A stretch of DNA of 64,000 nucleotides from Clostridia bacterium (GCA_045600145.1 JAZRXI010000077.1:36482-100481), one strand, 5' to 3'; positions 8,524 to 17,982 are shown, counted from the stretch's first letter. The notes: generated from the letters alone by a model not told the origin. A program made the numbers and translations.

Positions 8524-10824
8524 TCAAAATCTGTGCCAACGGCATCCAAAGAGTGACGGGAATGTATCGCCCTCGGCTTTTTGATAAAATACCGAATAGA
8601 ATGAGCCGTCGGAAAGCTCAGTTGCGGACGGATATCCGAGGTCGCCGTCGAAACCGAAGCAGATATGTTTTTCTTCGCCGAACGTCTTGCCTCCGTCAAC
8701 GCTAAAGCGCACACATTCACCGAACGGTTTCTCGCGTCTGCCGTAGCTCAGGAGCACATCGCCGCTTTGGGTCAGCAAAAGGTGCGGAGGCGCACCGCAA
8801 TAGCCTGTCAGAACGGGCTTTGTCCACGTTCTCCCGCCGTCATACGAAAAGGTTTTCACCATAGTCATATGTCCGTCCTTATCAACACGTATCATACCAA
8901 GCAGTGTACCATCGGGCAAACAAAGCGCGGCAGGCTCATGCAGATGCTCGGCTTTCAGTCCATCAGGCAGCGGAACCTTGCCGATAATTTCCCACGAGAT
9001 CCCGTCATTGTGGCTTACAGAGCAGTAAATCATATCTTTTTCGATATCAAGCCCGGAATAAAACTCTTTGCCCAAATGAAGTAACGTACCGTCCTTCATA
9101 AGCAAAGGTCCGTGCGGCGATGTCAGCGGTGCACGATGCGGTTCACTCCACGTCTTGCCGTAATCAAGAGAAATTTTTGTAAAAGAGCCGCCCGGCTCGC
9201 TGTGCTTCTTCCAATACTTTTTCATTACTTCGGATAGCGGAAGTGAATCCTCAGGTGTGATTTTTGTGATGATATCATCCCACCATTCATCGTACATCTC
9301 CGCAGGATGATCAAACCACATGAGCAGCATTTTACCGTTACCTATATATACCAGCCCTGTATCGCGGTCATCCATCAGTGTATCATTGACGATTATCGGT
9401 CCGCGCCAGGAAGCGCCGCGGTCGTCAGATATGAACATCTGATTCTGACCGAACGGGCAGATATGCGAAAGTCTGTGACCCGAGCAAACAGCGTAGAGTA
9501 CACCGTTTTCGTCCTGTGTTACTGTCGGCCAGCCTATGTAGCGAAACGGCAGCGACTCATGCCGGTAAATTATTTGTGCATCCATTATTAAACTCCGGCA
9601 ATCGAACAGCTGTCCCGGAAGCTTCTTTTTCTCTTTCGGCGGAAAATTCTTATCGAATTTTTCTACATCCTCGTCTTTGACATAATATCCCGACGGCGTC
9701 TGATATACTCCCGTAATACCGTCAAGATACCCCGGTATCAATTCCTTGCATAAAAAGAATGAATCGTCGGCGTCTTCCGGCAGATCATGATAGCGTATGC
9801 CGAATTTACGGGCATAGTCAAATCCGCTCTTGCCGTAAAAGCCGATATTTCCCTCAAAGAGTACAGCGCCGAAGCCCATTTCAGATGCCTTTTGCAAAGA
9901 AAAATCCAACAGCTTTTTACCGTAACCCTGGCGTTTAAGCTCAGGCTTGATTCCGATAGGACCCATCGTCAATATAGGAATGATCCTTCCGTCGTCTGCC
10001 TCGATAACGGTTTTTACAAACATGTTTTGCCCGATGATTTCTCCGTCCTTTTCCATGACCAAATCAAGCTCTTTGACGAACGCCGGATCGTCTCTCATCA
10101 AATAAATAACAAAATGCTCACTGCACCCCGGACGGTAAACATTCCAGAATGCTTCGCGTACAAGGTTTTCTACTGTTCTGTGTTCATCGTTTCTTTCCTC
10201 GCGTATTATAAAATCATTTTCCATTTTTTCTCCTTTTTTTGACTTTATCCACGCATCAAGATAAGTCATCTGTTTATCTGTATGAAACCAATGCTCGCCG
10301 CCTCGCATAACGGTGAGTGATGCGCCGGTTTTTTCCGTAAAAGATTTGACCGTATCCCGCGAAATCAGCATATCGTGTTCGCCGTAAAGAATATGTGTCG
10401 GCACATTCCAATTCACGGGATTTTCTCTTATATAGCAAAGATATTTCCACGACAACATCTCGCCGAACGATGTAAATATCTCCTTTTTATTCCGTAGCTC
10501 GCTTTCCGTGATGTTTTCGGACGTCATCATTTCAATGATAAGCTTTTCCATATCGACTACGGGCGAAATAAAAAATGCTTCTTCGATTCGTGCAGTTGCA
10601 TTCATCGCAAAAAACGCACCTATGCTGTTTGCTATCAAGGTAAACGCACCGTATTTTTTATTTATTTTGCCAAAAAACTCCGAAAACTCCGTTTTTGCAT
10701 CCCACGGAGTTTCAGAAAAATAATCAAATCCGATAACTTCACAATTTGGAAAAAGTGCTTTATAATGTGCGGCTTCCGAAGCGTCACCGCCCTTGCCGTG
10801 TATATAGATGACAGCCTTGCTCAT
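8524..10824 (-). CDS. Three-domain fusion protein: alpha/beta-hydrolase (esterase-like), GNAT N-acetyltransferase, BNR/Asp-box beta-propeller (sialidase-like)
   Basis: One uninterrupted frame. N-terminal domain has an ANSIG nucleophile elbow and ..GGEHWFH. Middle domain has a GNAT core (RQGYGKKLLD). C-terminal domain has five S-x-D-x-G-x-(T/S)-W/F Asp-boxes (SDDRGASW, SLDYGKTW, SHNDGISW, SYDGGRTW, SVDGGKTF). Start set at MSKAV (10824), after the upstream gene's stop. Confidence 0.7.
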   Translation of the reverse strand: MSKAVIYIHGKGGDASEAAHYKALFPNCEVIGFDYFSETPWDAKTEFSEFFGKINKKYGAFTLIANSIGAFFAMNATARIEEAFFISPVVDMEKLIIEMMTSENITESELRNKKEIFTSFGEMLSWKYLCYIRENPVNWNVPTHILYGEHDMLISRDTVKSFTEKTGASLTVMRGGEHWFHTDKQMTYLDAWIKSKKGEKMENDFIIREERNDEHRTVENLVREAFWNVYRPGCSEHFVIYLMRDDPAFVKELDLVMEKDGEIIGQNMFVKTVIEADDGRIIPILTMGPIGIKPELKRQGYGKKLLDFSLQKASEMGFGAVLFEGNIGFYGKSGFDYARKFGIRYHDLPEDADDSFFLCKELIPGYLDGITGVYQTPSGYYVKDEDVEKFDKNFPPKEKKKLPGQLFDCRSLIMDAQIIYRHESLPFRYIGWPTVTQDENGVLYAVCSGHRLSHICPFGQNQMFISDDRGASWRGPIIVNDTLMDDRDTGLVYIGNGKMLLMWFDHPAEMYDEWWDDIITKITPEDSLPLSEVMKKYWKKHSEPGGSFTKISLDYGKTWSEPHRAPLTSPHGPLLMKDGTLLHLGKEFYSGLDIEKDMIYCSVSHNDGISWEIIGKVPLPDGLKAEHLHEPAALCLPDGTLLGMIRVDKDGHMTMVKTFSYDGGRTWTKPVLTGYCGAPPHLLLTQSGDVLLSYGRREKPFGECVRFSVDGGKTFGEEKHICFGFDGDLGYPSATELSDGSFYSVFYQKAEGDTFPSLFGCRWHRF

Positions 10825-10834
10825 AGCTGTTCCG

Positions 10835-11539
10835 TCATTTTCGTCTGTTGCGTCCGCCGACAATAATCACAAGACGCAACAGCTGCATGACCGATACCGC
10901 GAGCGCGGCAACATACGTCAATGCGGCTGCACGAAGCACTTTTTTGGTGCCGCTGAGCTCGTCGCCGACAAGAAGCTGACCTTCTTCGATACACTTGACG
11001 GCACGTCTGCTCGCGTCAAATTCCGTCGGAAGCGTTATAAGTTGGAACAACGTACTGAGCGCGAAGCAGGCAACACCGACATACGCAATAAAGAAAAACG
11101 TTTCGCTCAGATAACCGAGCAGCAAGCCGATTATAATAAGCGGAACAGAAAGCTTTGATCCGATGTTCGTGACGGGGATTATAGCTGTTCTTAGCTTTAT
11201 CGGCACGTACTCGTCAGCATACTGTATCGCGTGCCCCGCTTCATGGCAGGCGACGCCTACCGCCGCCGTCGAAGCACTCGAATACACATTTTGTGAAAGT
11301 CGTATCACATTATCCTTCGGGTCATAGTGGTCGGTGAGGTCGCCCTGTATCATCTCTATTCTGACATCCTTAAGCCCGTTGGAATCAAGCACGAAGCGTG
11401 CGGCTTTCATTCCGGTGATATTTTTCGAATTATACTGCGTTTTGTATTGATTATAAACGTTATTTACATTTGCGCTCGCCCACAGAGCAAATATCATTGC
11501 AGGCAGGACGAACACAAGATAAGTCCAATCGAAGTACAT
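10835..11539 (-). CDS. Membrane zinc metallopeptidase, YugP-like (Zn_peptidase_2 family)
   Basis: 234 aa with N- and C-terminal TM segments and a HEAGHAIQ zinc-binding motif. Confidence 0.75.
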   Translation of the reverse strand: MYFDWTYLVFVLPAMIFALWASANVNNVYNQYKTQYNSKNITGMKAARFVLDSNGLKDVRIEMIQGDLTDHYDPKDNVIRLSQNVYSSASTAAVGVACHEAGHAIQYADEYVPIKLRTAIIPVTNIGSKLSVPLIIIGLLLGYLSETFFFIAYVGVACFALSTLFQLITLPTEFDASRRAVKCIEEGQLLVGDELSGTKKVLRAAALTYVAALAVSVMQLLRLVIIVGGRNRRK

Positions 11540-11554
11540 ATAAAAAATCTCCCG

Positions 11555-11998
11555 TTAAACTTTTTTGGTAAACTGCTTTGCACAGACACGGCAAGTTATT
11601 TTGATTTTACCCTTACCTTTCGGGACGCGGCAGTAATTTTTACACCCCGGACATTTGATGTACCTATACTGCTTGCGTTCTCTGAACATTGTTCTGTACA
11701 GCTTTGATTTTGTACGCATTTTTTGTGTTTTTGCAAGATAAGCGTGATTTTCCATTACGCGTCGGTTGATATTCTTTGAAAACGCACGGTAGATAATAAA
11801 CGCTATAAGCACGATGTTGACAGCATTAAGCGCAAGCGCGACTATCTTAAGCGAAAACAAATTGAATATCATTCCGATAACCGAAACGGCTATTGCGGCG
11901 ATAAGCATATCTTTACCCAATTCATCAATGCCGTAGCGCCCGTACATGAATTTCATAAATCTGTTGAACATAAGTGATCTCCCGATGTTTTTTATCAT
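11555..11998 (-). CDS. Hypothetical membrane protein with C-terminal zinc ribbon
   Basis: Two hydrophobic helices followed by CPGC..N..CRVC (a four-Cys ribbon). Start uncertain because there are several early Met codons. Confidence 0.45.
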   Translation of the reverse strand: MIKNIGRSLMFNRFMKFMYGRYGIDELGKDMLIAAIAVSVIGMIFNLFSLKIVALALNAVNIVLIAFIIYRAFSKNINRRVMENHAYLAKTQKMRTKSKLYRTMFRERKQYRYIKCPGCKNYCRVPKGKGKIKITCRVCAKQFTKKV

Positions 11999-12052
11999 TA
12001 TACACTAAATTTTTGATAACTTCAAGAAGCAAAAGTGAAAACTCGGAAAATT

Positions 12053-12730
12053 TTACATCGCACCGCGGAGCTTATCAAGCGCCGCTTTCTCTATCCTGCT
12101 TACATACGAACGCGATATGCCGAGTCTTTCAGCGACCTCACGTTGTGCCAGCGCGCGGTGTCCGCCGAGACCGTAACGCATTATCAATATACGTTTTTCC
12201 CGTTCATCGAGTATTTCATTCATTTTTCGAAGCATATGTTTAATATGTATTTTTAATTCTGCATTTTCGGAAACCTCGATTTCTCCCGATGCAAGAATAT
12301 CTATCAGCGTTACTTCGTTGCCTTCCTTATCAGTACCTATGGGCTCAGACAGTGAAACCTCGTTTTTCAGCTTTTTTGTCGCACGCAGATACATGAGTAT
12401 TTCGTTTTCAATACATTTCGACGCATATGTTGCAAGATGCGTCGCTTTATCGGGCTTATACGAATTTACCGCCTTGATAAGCCCTATCGAGCCTATGGAA
12501 ATGAGGTCATCTGAATCGTGCGACGACGAAACATATTTTTGTGCGATGTGCGCAACTAAACGCATATTGTGCTCTACGAGCTTTTCTTTTGCTTTTTCAT
12601 CACCCGAAAACCACCTGCTGAGATATTCTTTCTCCTCCGCTTTACCGAGTGGCTTCGGAAAATAGTTTTTATCCCTAATATGACCGATAAAAAAACGTAT
12701 TCCCGACAGCAATGTCAGTAAAAATGACAT
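12053..12730 (-). CDS. sigK: Sporulation sigma factor SigK (pro-sigma-K, uninterrupted)
   Basis: The N-terminal pro-sequence and FPKPLGKAEEKEYL..LVEHNMRLVAHIAQKY closely parallel B. subtilis pro-sigma-K. Region 4.2 reads GISRSYVSRIEK. Confidence 0.8.
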   Translation of the reverse strand: MSFLLTLLSGIRFFIGHIRDKNYFPKPLGKAEEKEYLSRWFSGDEKAKEKLVEHNMRLVAHIAQKYVSSSHDSDDLISIGSIGLIKAVNSYKPDKATHLATYASKCIENEILMYLRATKKLKNEVSLSEPIGTDKEGNEVTLIDILASGEIEVSENAELKIHIKHMLRKMNEILDEREKRILIMRYGLGGHRALAQREVAERLGISRSYVSRIEKAALDKLRGAM

Positions 12731-12882
12731 ACAACCACCTCCGCATGATGATATGCGCGTTTACGACAAAAAATGACAGTTATCAAAGTTTCTATTCATG
12801 TTGACCCATTGCGCTTCGCGCCGCTTTGCCTCAAGGAAGTGGCAGGAAGCAGTTTGCCGACATGCGAAAGCATTATATCTTT

Positions 12883-13037
12883 CCGCTGATACTTTTGCAT
12901 AAAAAATTTTCCCGCCATACTCGCGGCGGGAGAATTTTTCAATAAATCAAAAAAGCTTTTTGCCCGTTTTTTAGGCGTACTGGGGCAATTGACGGAGTCC
13001 CTGCAATGGTTCGGGGGGCAGAGCCCCCGTGCCGTAC
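12883..13037. repeat. Dispersed intergenic repeat, copy 3
   Basis: GCTGATACTTTTGCATAAAAAATTTTCCCG..CGGGAGAATTTTTCAATAAATCAAAAAAGCTTTTTGCCCGTTTTTT..GACGGAGTCCCTGC aligns with copy 4 over about 110 nt. Abuts the spoIIIAH stop. Confidence 0.7.
12899..12939 (-). terminator. Intrinsic terminator of the spoIIIA operon (inside repeat copy 3)
   Basis: Hairpin CCCGCC..GGCGGG extended by T/A pairs (12907-12934). On the minus strand it is followed by T6 (12901-12906). Confidence 0.65.
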
Positions 13038-13538
13038 TCACTGTGCTTGAATGACCTTGACTTCGTTCGGGGAATACTGTGTTTCGCTCGTTATGATATC
13101 AAGTATTTGTGCCACCTTTGCCGAAGTCAAGTCGGCATCCTTTACAACGACGTTTATGCTTGTTGTACCGAATGTCACCACAGCGTCCGCGAAGCCCTTT
13201 GCCTTCATAAGTCCTTCAATAGTATTTTCAAGCTCCATATTCGATACTATTTCCATTTTCATTTGCTGAGCTTCCTTTATCGTTGCATCATCCGTATTGG
13301 CGTTTGTGATGACACTTTCAAGATATGTCATTTCCTCTTCGCGATTGCTGGTGCGCTCGCTCTTGTACGTTGAAAAGAAATTCGCGGTTTCAACGTCGCC
13401 TGTTTCCGCTGTTTTGTCCGCCTCATTATTTTTTTCACTCTTGTTTGACGCTATGTACTTCCAATTCAGAAGTCCCGTGACGAGCAGCAACACCACCATT
13501 GCCGAAATAACCATTGCTTTTCTGCTGATTTTGAACAT
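13038..13538 (-). CDS. spoIIIAH: Stage III sporulation protein AH
   Basis: Last gene of the spoIIIA operon. N-terminal TM anchor, Glu/Lys-rich linker, and a YscJ/FliF-like C-terminal domain. Confidence 0.75.
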   Translation of the reverse strand: MFKISRKAMVISAMVVLLLVTGLLNWKYIASNKSEKNNEADKTAETGDVETANFFSTYKSERTSNREEEMTYLESVITNANTDDATIKEAQQMKMEIVSNMELENTIEGLMKAKGFADAVVTFGTTSINVVVKDADLTSAKVAQILDIITSETQYSPNEVKVIQAQ

Positions 13539-13550
13539 AATTTTCTCTCC

Positions 13551-14081
13551 TTAATTCATTACAAAGATTTCTACCTTTTCCGGTGATACCTGAAGCACCG
13601 TTTCGACCGCTTTCTGCAAATCCATTCTGACCTTTATATTGTCAGCTCCCTGTGCTACCACGATCACCCCCTTGATCTCAGGTTCTTTTTCGACCACTAC
13701 AAGCGCATTTTCGCCGTTTCCCGAGCCAACCGTAACGGGTTTGCTGTTTTCTATCACCGTTTCCGATTCCTTAGTCCCGCCGTTCTCGCTCTTTTCGGTG
13801 ACGGTATTGACCTGCTTTTCGGTAGTGCTTGCGCATACTGCCTCGCTTCCGCTGACGTAGGTTATCATTACATTCACGCTTCCCGCGCCTCTGATACTGC
13901 TTAATACCTTTTCAAGCTTCTGCGTCGCATCTTCTTCCGTATTATTAGATATGCCCGTACTTTCCTTATTATTACTCTTTGACGGAATAAAATATATCAT
14001 CACCGCCGCCGCGCAAAGTACGGCTATTACGGCTATCTTGAACTTTTTTGAATTTTTGAAATGCACAATAATATCATTCAT
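13551..14081 (-). CDS. spoIIIAG: Stage III sporulation protein AG
   Basis: N-terminal TM segment, then ..VEKEPEIKGVIVVAQGADN..VETVLQVSPEKVEIF, which is typical of SpoIIIAG. Operon position fits. Confidence 0.75.
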   Translation of the reverse strand: MNDIIVHFKNSKKFKIAVIAVLCAAAVMIYFIPSKSNNKESTGISNNTEEDATQKLEKVLSSIRGAGSVNVMITYVSGSEAVCASTTEKQVNTVTEKSENGGTKESETVIENSKPVTVGSGNGENALVVVEKEPEIKGVIVVAQGADNIKVRMDLQKAVETVLQVSPEKVEIFVMN

Positions 14082-14515
14082 TACGATTCCACCAAAAAAA
14101 TATTTTCCTTTTCGACACCGTATATCGCACTGAGCGAGCTTTTAAGATACTCACTGAGTGCCTGACGCTTTGCACTCTCAATAAGCTTATCATACCTTAC
14201 CGTTATGTGTATCTCGGAAATATCATTGCCGTTCTGAACCACACTGACGGACGCATTTTCAAAGCCGGACACTCCGTGCACGATGCGTTCAACTGCAGAC
14301 GTATAATCATATGTACTTTCGCCTTCGGTAAAATCGAAGCTGATCTCGGGCATTTTTGTAATAAGCGGCTGCATGATGCAAACACTCAGCAAAACCGCCA
14401 TCGCAAACCGCGCATACGCTCTTATTTTTCCCGATGGCAGGATGCTGTCGGCAAGAAGCATCGTAACAGACGCCCCGATAAGCGTAAGCACATAGCTTTT
14501 TATCCATTCGCTCAT
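14081..14515 (-). CDS. spoIIIAF: Stage III sporulation protein AF
   Basis: Starts MSEWIKSYVLTLIG with an ATGA overlap on the spoIIIAE stop. Two TM helices. The ORF-track N-terminal extension overlaps spoIIIAE. Confidence 0.7.
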   Translation of the reverse strand: MSEWIKSYVLTLIGASVTMLLADSILPSGKIRAYARFAMAVLLSVCIMQPLITKMPEISFDFTEGESTYDYTSAVERIVHGVSGFENASVSVVQNGNDISEIHITVRYDKLIESAKRQALSEYLKSSLSAIYGVEKENIFLVES

Positions 14516-15615
14516 CACAATCCCCCGCCTCCGGCGCCGATTATCATTCCGAGATAAATGAACCACAATACGCTGACTCCGAACAGCGTGACCGCGATCA
14601 TTTTCAGAAAATCGTAAGCACGATCCGTTTGCAGCGACGTTATTCTCCCCGCAAACGGGCGAACGCATGCCGAAAATATCCTCAAAGCCAGCATAAACCC
14701 GAGCAGATTTACGATCGGTGCAAGTATTATCCCCGCTATCGCAAGCATACCGGTTACTCCTACGGCATTTTTTATCAGTGATCCGCTCGAAAGCACAAGC
14801 GAAAGACTTTCACTGACAGAGCCTCCGATTATCGGTACGGCTGAGCTGAGTGCGTATTTTATTCCACGCACCGATATTCCGTCCGAAATGCCGGACGCAA
14901 GTCCGCGTATGGCTATCACTGCCGCGAAAACCGTAAAAATACCGCCGATAAGCCATGATGAAATGCTCTTAAAAAGCAAAGCGACACCCGACAGCTTGCC
15001 GTCCGGCAAAAGAGTATCGGCCTCCGAAATCACAAAGCCGCAAATCAAAAGCGGAAATATTATATCCGTAGCCGCTGAAATAAGCACGCCAGAGAGCAAT
15101 GATACCGTAGGCGAAAGCGACGCAGCACTCCCCTGTGCTCCGCACGATGCAAGCAATGTTGCAAGCACCGGCGTAAGCACTTGAGAAAACGCACGGATAC
15201 CGTGCAATGCTTCTTTTGCTTCCGAAAGCGGCTTTATTACCGCAGACAAAAGCGCACAAAGAAAAATTATTCTGCCGCCCGTCAGTGCCGCTTGCTCAGT
15301 ATCCGGCGAAAGTATTTTCAGGTTTTCGACGATCGAAAGTACCATTGAAACAGCAAGTAATACTCCGAGTTCTTTTATGCCGGATCGCAGTGAGCCGTTC
15401 AGCATCGCTGTGATCTTCTCTTTCCCGCTGTTTTTTAATTCAAGCTTGTTTGCCAGAATATCTTCGATTATTTTTCCACAAGTCCCGAACGGCGTCTGCG
15501 TATCCGTAAAATCACTGTCGATGTTCTCCGCACTCAAATCAAGCGCAAGTGTGCGCAGCGTAAACAGTTGTGTACACAGCATGATAAGCGCGACATACAG
15601 AAATAATCTTTTCAT
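14515..15615 (-). CDS. spoIIIAE: Stage III sporulation protein AE
   Basis: 366-aa polytopic membrane protein with a signal-like N-terminus. Operon position fits. Confidence 0.85.
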   Translation of the reverse strand: MKRLFLYVALIMLCTQLFTLRTLALDLSAENIDSDFTDTQTPFGTCGKIIEDILANKLELKNSGKEKITAMLNGSLRSGIKELGVLLAVSMVLSIVENLKILSPDTEQAALTGGRIIFLCALLSAVIKPLSEAKEALHGIRAFSQVLTPVLATLLASCGAQGSAASLSPTVSLLSGVLISAATDIIFPLLICGFVISEADTLLPDGKLSGVALLFKSISSWLIGGIFTVFAAVIAIRGLASGISDGISVRGIKYALSSAVPIIGGSVSESLSLVLSSGSLIKNAVGVTGMLAIAGIILAPIVNLLGFMLALRIFSACVRPFAGRITSLQTDRAYDFLKMIAVTLFGVSVLWFIYLGMIIGAGGGGL

Positions 15616-15995
15616 TCCATCACCGTAACAAGCTCAAACAGCTTTTCGATGTACGGCAGACATATCACCGTAACAAGTATTTTTACCGCCGTTTCGCACT
15701 TGTCCGCCACCGAATTTTCGCCCGCGTCACGGCAAAGCTGTATTCCCCACTGTCCTATAAAGCTGATAAGCGTAATTTTGATAACCGAACCGATCCACCC
15801 GGCGTCAACGACAGTGCCTATCGCACTCATTTGTTCTTTGATTTCAATTATGCCGTCAAGCACGAAAATGAGTATCATAGTTCCGGCGCATACCGAAGCC
15901 GCAAGCGCGATCACAGGTGAATACTTTTTTATCGGCAGAATTACAAATACCGATAACAGTGCAAACGGTATAAGTACATAAATCTTATCCATCAA
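15612..15995 (-). CDS. spoIIIAD: Stage III sporulation protein AD
   Basis: 127-aa protein with four TM segments. 4-nt overlaps with both neighbouring genes. Confidence 0.8.
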   Translation of the reverse strand: MMDKIYVLIPFALLSVFVILPIKKYSPVIALAASVCAGTMILIFVLDGIIEIKEQMSAIGTVVDAGWIGSVIKITLISFIGQWGIQLCRDAGENSVADKCETAVKILVTVICLPYIEKLFELVTVME

Positions 15996-16189
15996 TATAA
16001 CTGAAACGCGCTGCGCACTGCCGAAAAGAAGTCTTCCACCATATCTACTGCCATAAGAAGTACTATTATCAGCCCCGCGATCGTAGTGACCATTGCTATA
16101 TCATCGCGTCCCCACTTTGTCAAAAGCTGATTAAGAAGCGTCACAAGCACTCCTATCGCGGCAATTTTAAAAACGATATCTATACTCAT
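15992..16189 (-). CDS. spoIIIAC: Stage III sporulation protein AC
   Basis: 65-aa protein with two TM segments between spoIIIAB and spoIIIAD. Confidence 0.8.
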   Translation of the reverse strand: MSIDIVFKIAAIGVLVTLLNQLLTKWGRDDIAMVTTIAGLIIVLLMAVDMVEDFFSAVRSAFQLY

Positions 16190-16677
16190 ATTATCAGCAC
16201 CGCGACAAACAGTCCCAGCATAAGCGCAACTGCGGGAGCCGTTTTTACTTTTGCGCGATTTTCCTCCTCAATTTGCTGTTTATACCGCATAAACGTATGT
16301 ACGCACATATCAAGTGAAGCGGCTATTTGTGAAGCGTCACTGCTTGATTCGGCAGTGTACAGCGCTTCCGCAAGTATTTTCAGACACTCTTTTTCTTCCT
16401 TGCAGGATGCGGAATATTCATCAAGTATCCGCTTCATTCCCGCATTTTGCCTGCTGTGCGCGAATCGGCAGAACACGCCGGCTCTGCCACGGTCGAATTT
16501 TTCGAAAAAATCATACATGTTTTTGCCCGAAAACATTACCGCGCTTTTCATTTCGGATGCAAAAAACAAATAGCTTCCGACAAGCTCTGCCTTTTTACGG
16601 ATGTAATCCGAATACTCTTTTCCTGTTTCATACATCCCGACGCATATCACGCATGCGCAGATAAGCCTTATAAGCAT
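16186..16677 (-). CDS. spoIIIAB: Stage III sporulation protein AB
   Basis: 163 aa with TM segments at both ends. Operon position fits. Confidence 0.75.
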   Translation of the reverse strand: MLIRLICACVICVGMYETGKEYSDYIRKKAELVGSYLFFASEMKSAVMFSGKNMYDFFEKFDRGRAGVFCRFAHSRQNAGMKRILDEYSASCKEEKECLKILAEALYTAESSSDASQIAASLDMCVHTFMRYKQQIEEENRAKVKTAPAVALMLGLFVAVLII

Positions 16678-17552
16678 GCTTTTCCCTCTCGGTCAAGCAC
16701 ATTGCCGACCGTTCCGACACCACGCGTACCGTCTAAAATAACATATCGCTCAAATCGCAGACCAAGCCGTGCTTCCACATCCTTTGCGGAGCATCCGTGC
16801 GCTGTCGCGATCACTTTTACGCCCTCCGTCTGCGCTCTGCGCACCGCCAAAGCATCCTCATCGCCGCCAAGCTCATCGACCGCTATGACATCAGGTCTGA
16901 GCGAGCGTATCATAGCATTTATCGCAAAAGCTTTGGGCGCGTCACTCATCACATCGGTACGCTTGCCTACATCAAGCCGCGGCACTCCGTTTTCACAAGC
17001 GGCTATCTCGCCCCGTTCGTCGGCTACCGCGACATTGAAGCCGTTCGATGAAATCATTCGCACAGTATCACGCAAAAGCGTCGTCTTGCCGCATCCCGGC
17101 GGCGATACGATGAGCGTATCAAGCGGAATGCCGTTTTCGGTGATACGGTCATAAACCGTGCGTGCACATCCCTTTACCTCGTGATGCACGCGCACGCAAA
17201 ACGAATCGACACAGTCGATATGCGTCATGTTGCTCTCCGAAAAAGAGTATCTTCCGCAAAAGCCTATTCTGTTGCCGCTGAGAGTAATATAGCCTTCCTT
17301 TTGCTCCCGTATACAACTGTACGGTGCGCCGCGGCACATTCTGCTCCACATTCCGCGTGCGTCGGTTTCGGAAAAAACATATCCGTCACGTCTTGATATG
17401 CCCGTTTCACATATCCCGTATTCGACCCCGCCGATATAAAAATACACCGGCTGTCCGACACGAAGCCTGATTTCCGTCAGCCGTTCCCGCTCATTTACGC
17501 TCAGGCGCTCATATGCCGCACTCACAAAGCACGGCAAAACATCATTAAGCAT
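16668..17552 (-). CDS. spoIIIAA: Stage III sporulation protein AA (secretion-type ATPase)
   Basis: Walker A SPPGCGKTTLLRD and Walker B VIAVDELG. Start set at MLNDV (17552), 8 nt after GGAGGA. Confidence 0.85.
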   Translation of the reverse strand: MLNDVLPCFVSAAYERLSVNERERLTEIRLRVGQPVYFYIGGVEYGICETGISRRDGYVFSETDARGMWSRMCRGAPYSCIREQKEGYITLSGNRIGFCGRYSFSESNMTHIDCVDSFCVRVHHEVKGCARTVYDRITENGIPLDTLIVSPPGCGKTTLLRDTVRMISSNGFNVAVADERGEIAACENGVPRLDVGKRTDVMSDAPKAFAINAMIRSLRPDVIAVDELGGDEDALAVRRAQTEGVKVIATAHGCSAKDVEARLGLRFERYVILDGTRGVGTVGNVLDREGKACL

Positions 17553-17594
17553 AAGTTGTCCTCCGTTACAGAAAAAATATATGTGTGACCGTTC

Positions 17595-17635
17595 CAAAAA
17601 AGAATAAAGGACCGTGAAAGTTTTTTCACGATCCT
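17595..17635 (-). terminator. Intrinsic terminator downstream of RNase P RNA
   Basis: Hairpin AGGACCGTGAAA/TTTCACGATCCT (17608-17635). On the minus strand it is followed by TTTATTCTTTTTT. Confidence 0.6.
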
Positions 17636-17650
17636 AATAAAACAAATTTT

Positions 17651-17974
17651 GAGTAGGTCTGTAAGCCGAGTTCTGTATTCGATGACTATTTATCTATTTC
17701 CTGCGTTGCCGCAGGACTTAAGCGATTACATGGGAGCCGGCGAGCAACCGTTAATGCTCCGCTGTCAATCTTGCTTCGGATGGGGTTTACAGGTTCGCTG
17801 AGTCGCCAGAGCGAACGGTGAGCTCTTACCTCGCCTTTCCACCCTTACCGCTTGCGCGGCGGTATATTTCTGTTGCACTTTCCTTAGAGTCGCCTCCACC
17901 GGACGTTATCCGGCATCCTGCTCTGTGAAGCTCGGACTTTCCTCGTATTTTCACCGCAGTCATCCGACCTGCTC
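17651..17974 (-). ncRNA. rnpB: RNase P RNA (M1 RNA/rnpB)
   Basis: Minus strand carries the universal GAGGAAAGUCCGAGC, GGUAAGAGCUCACCG, ACAGAAAUAUACCGCC and the 3' ACAGAACUCGGCUUACAGACCUACUC. The 5' GAGCAGGUC pairs with the 3' GACCUACUC to form P1. No ORF is present. Confidence 0.88.
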
Positions 17975-17982
17975 AAAAAATT

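Noticed and set aside
8346-8720. 124-aa minus-strand ORF
   Set aside because: It runs through repeat copy 2 and its terminator and into the 3' end of the tri-domain gene in another frame. It is an artefact of the repeat.
12053-12730. sigK interrupted by a skin-like element
   Set aside because: The ORF is contiguous from the pro-sequence to region 4.2, and no recombinase gene is nearby.
12796-13041. 81-aa minus-strand ORF
   Set aside because: It is composed of repeat copy 3, including the terminator hairpin. It has no SD, and the equivalent ORFs are not conserved between copies.
16447-17154. 235-aa plus-strand ORF
   Set aside because: It is antisense to spoIIIAA and spoIIIAB. Its Ser/Pro/Arg-rich composition is typical of antisense translation.
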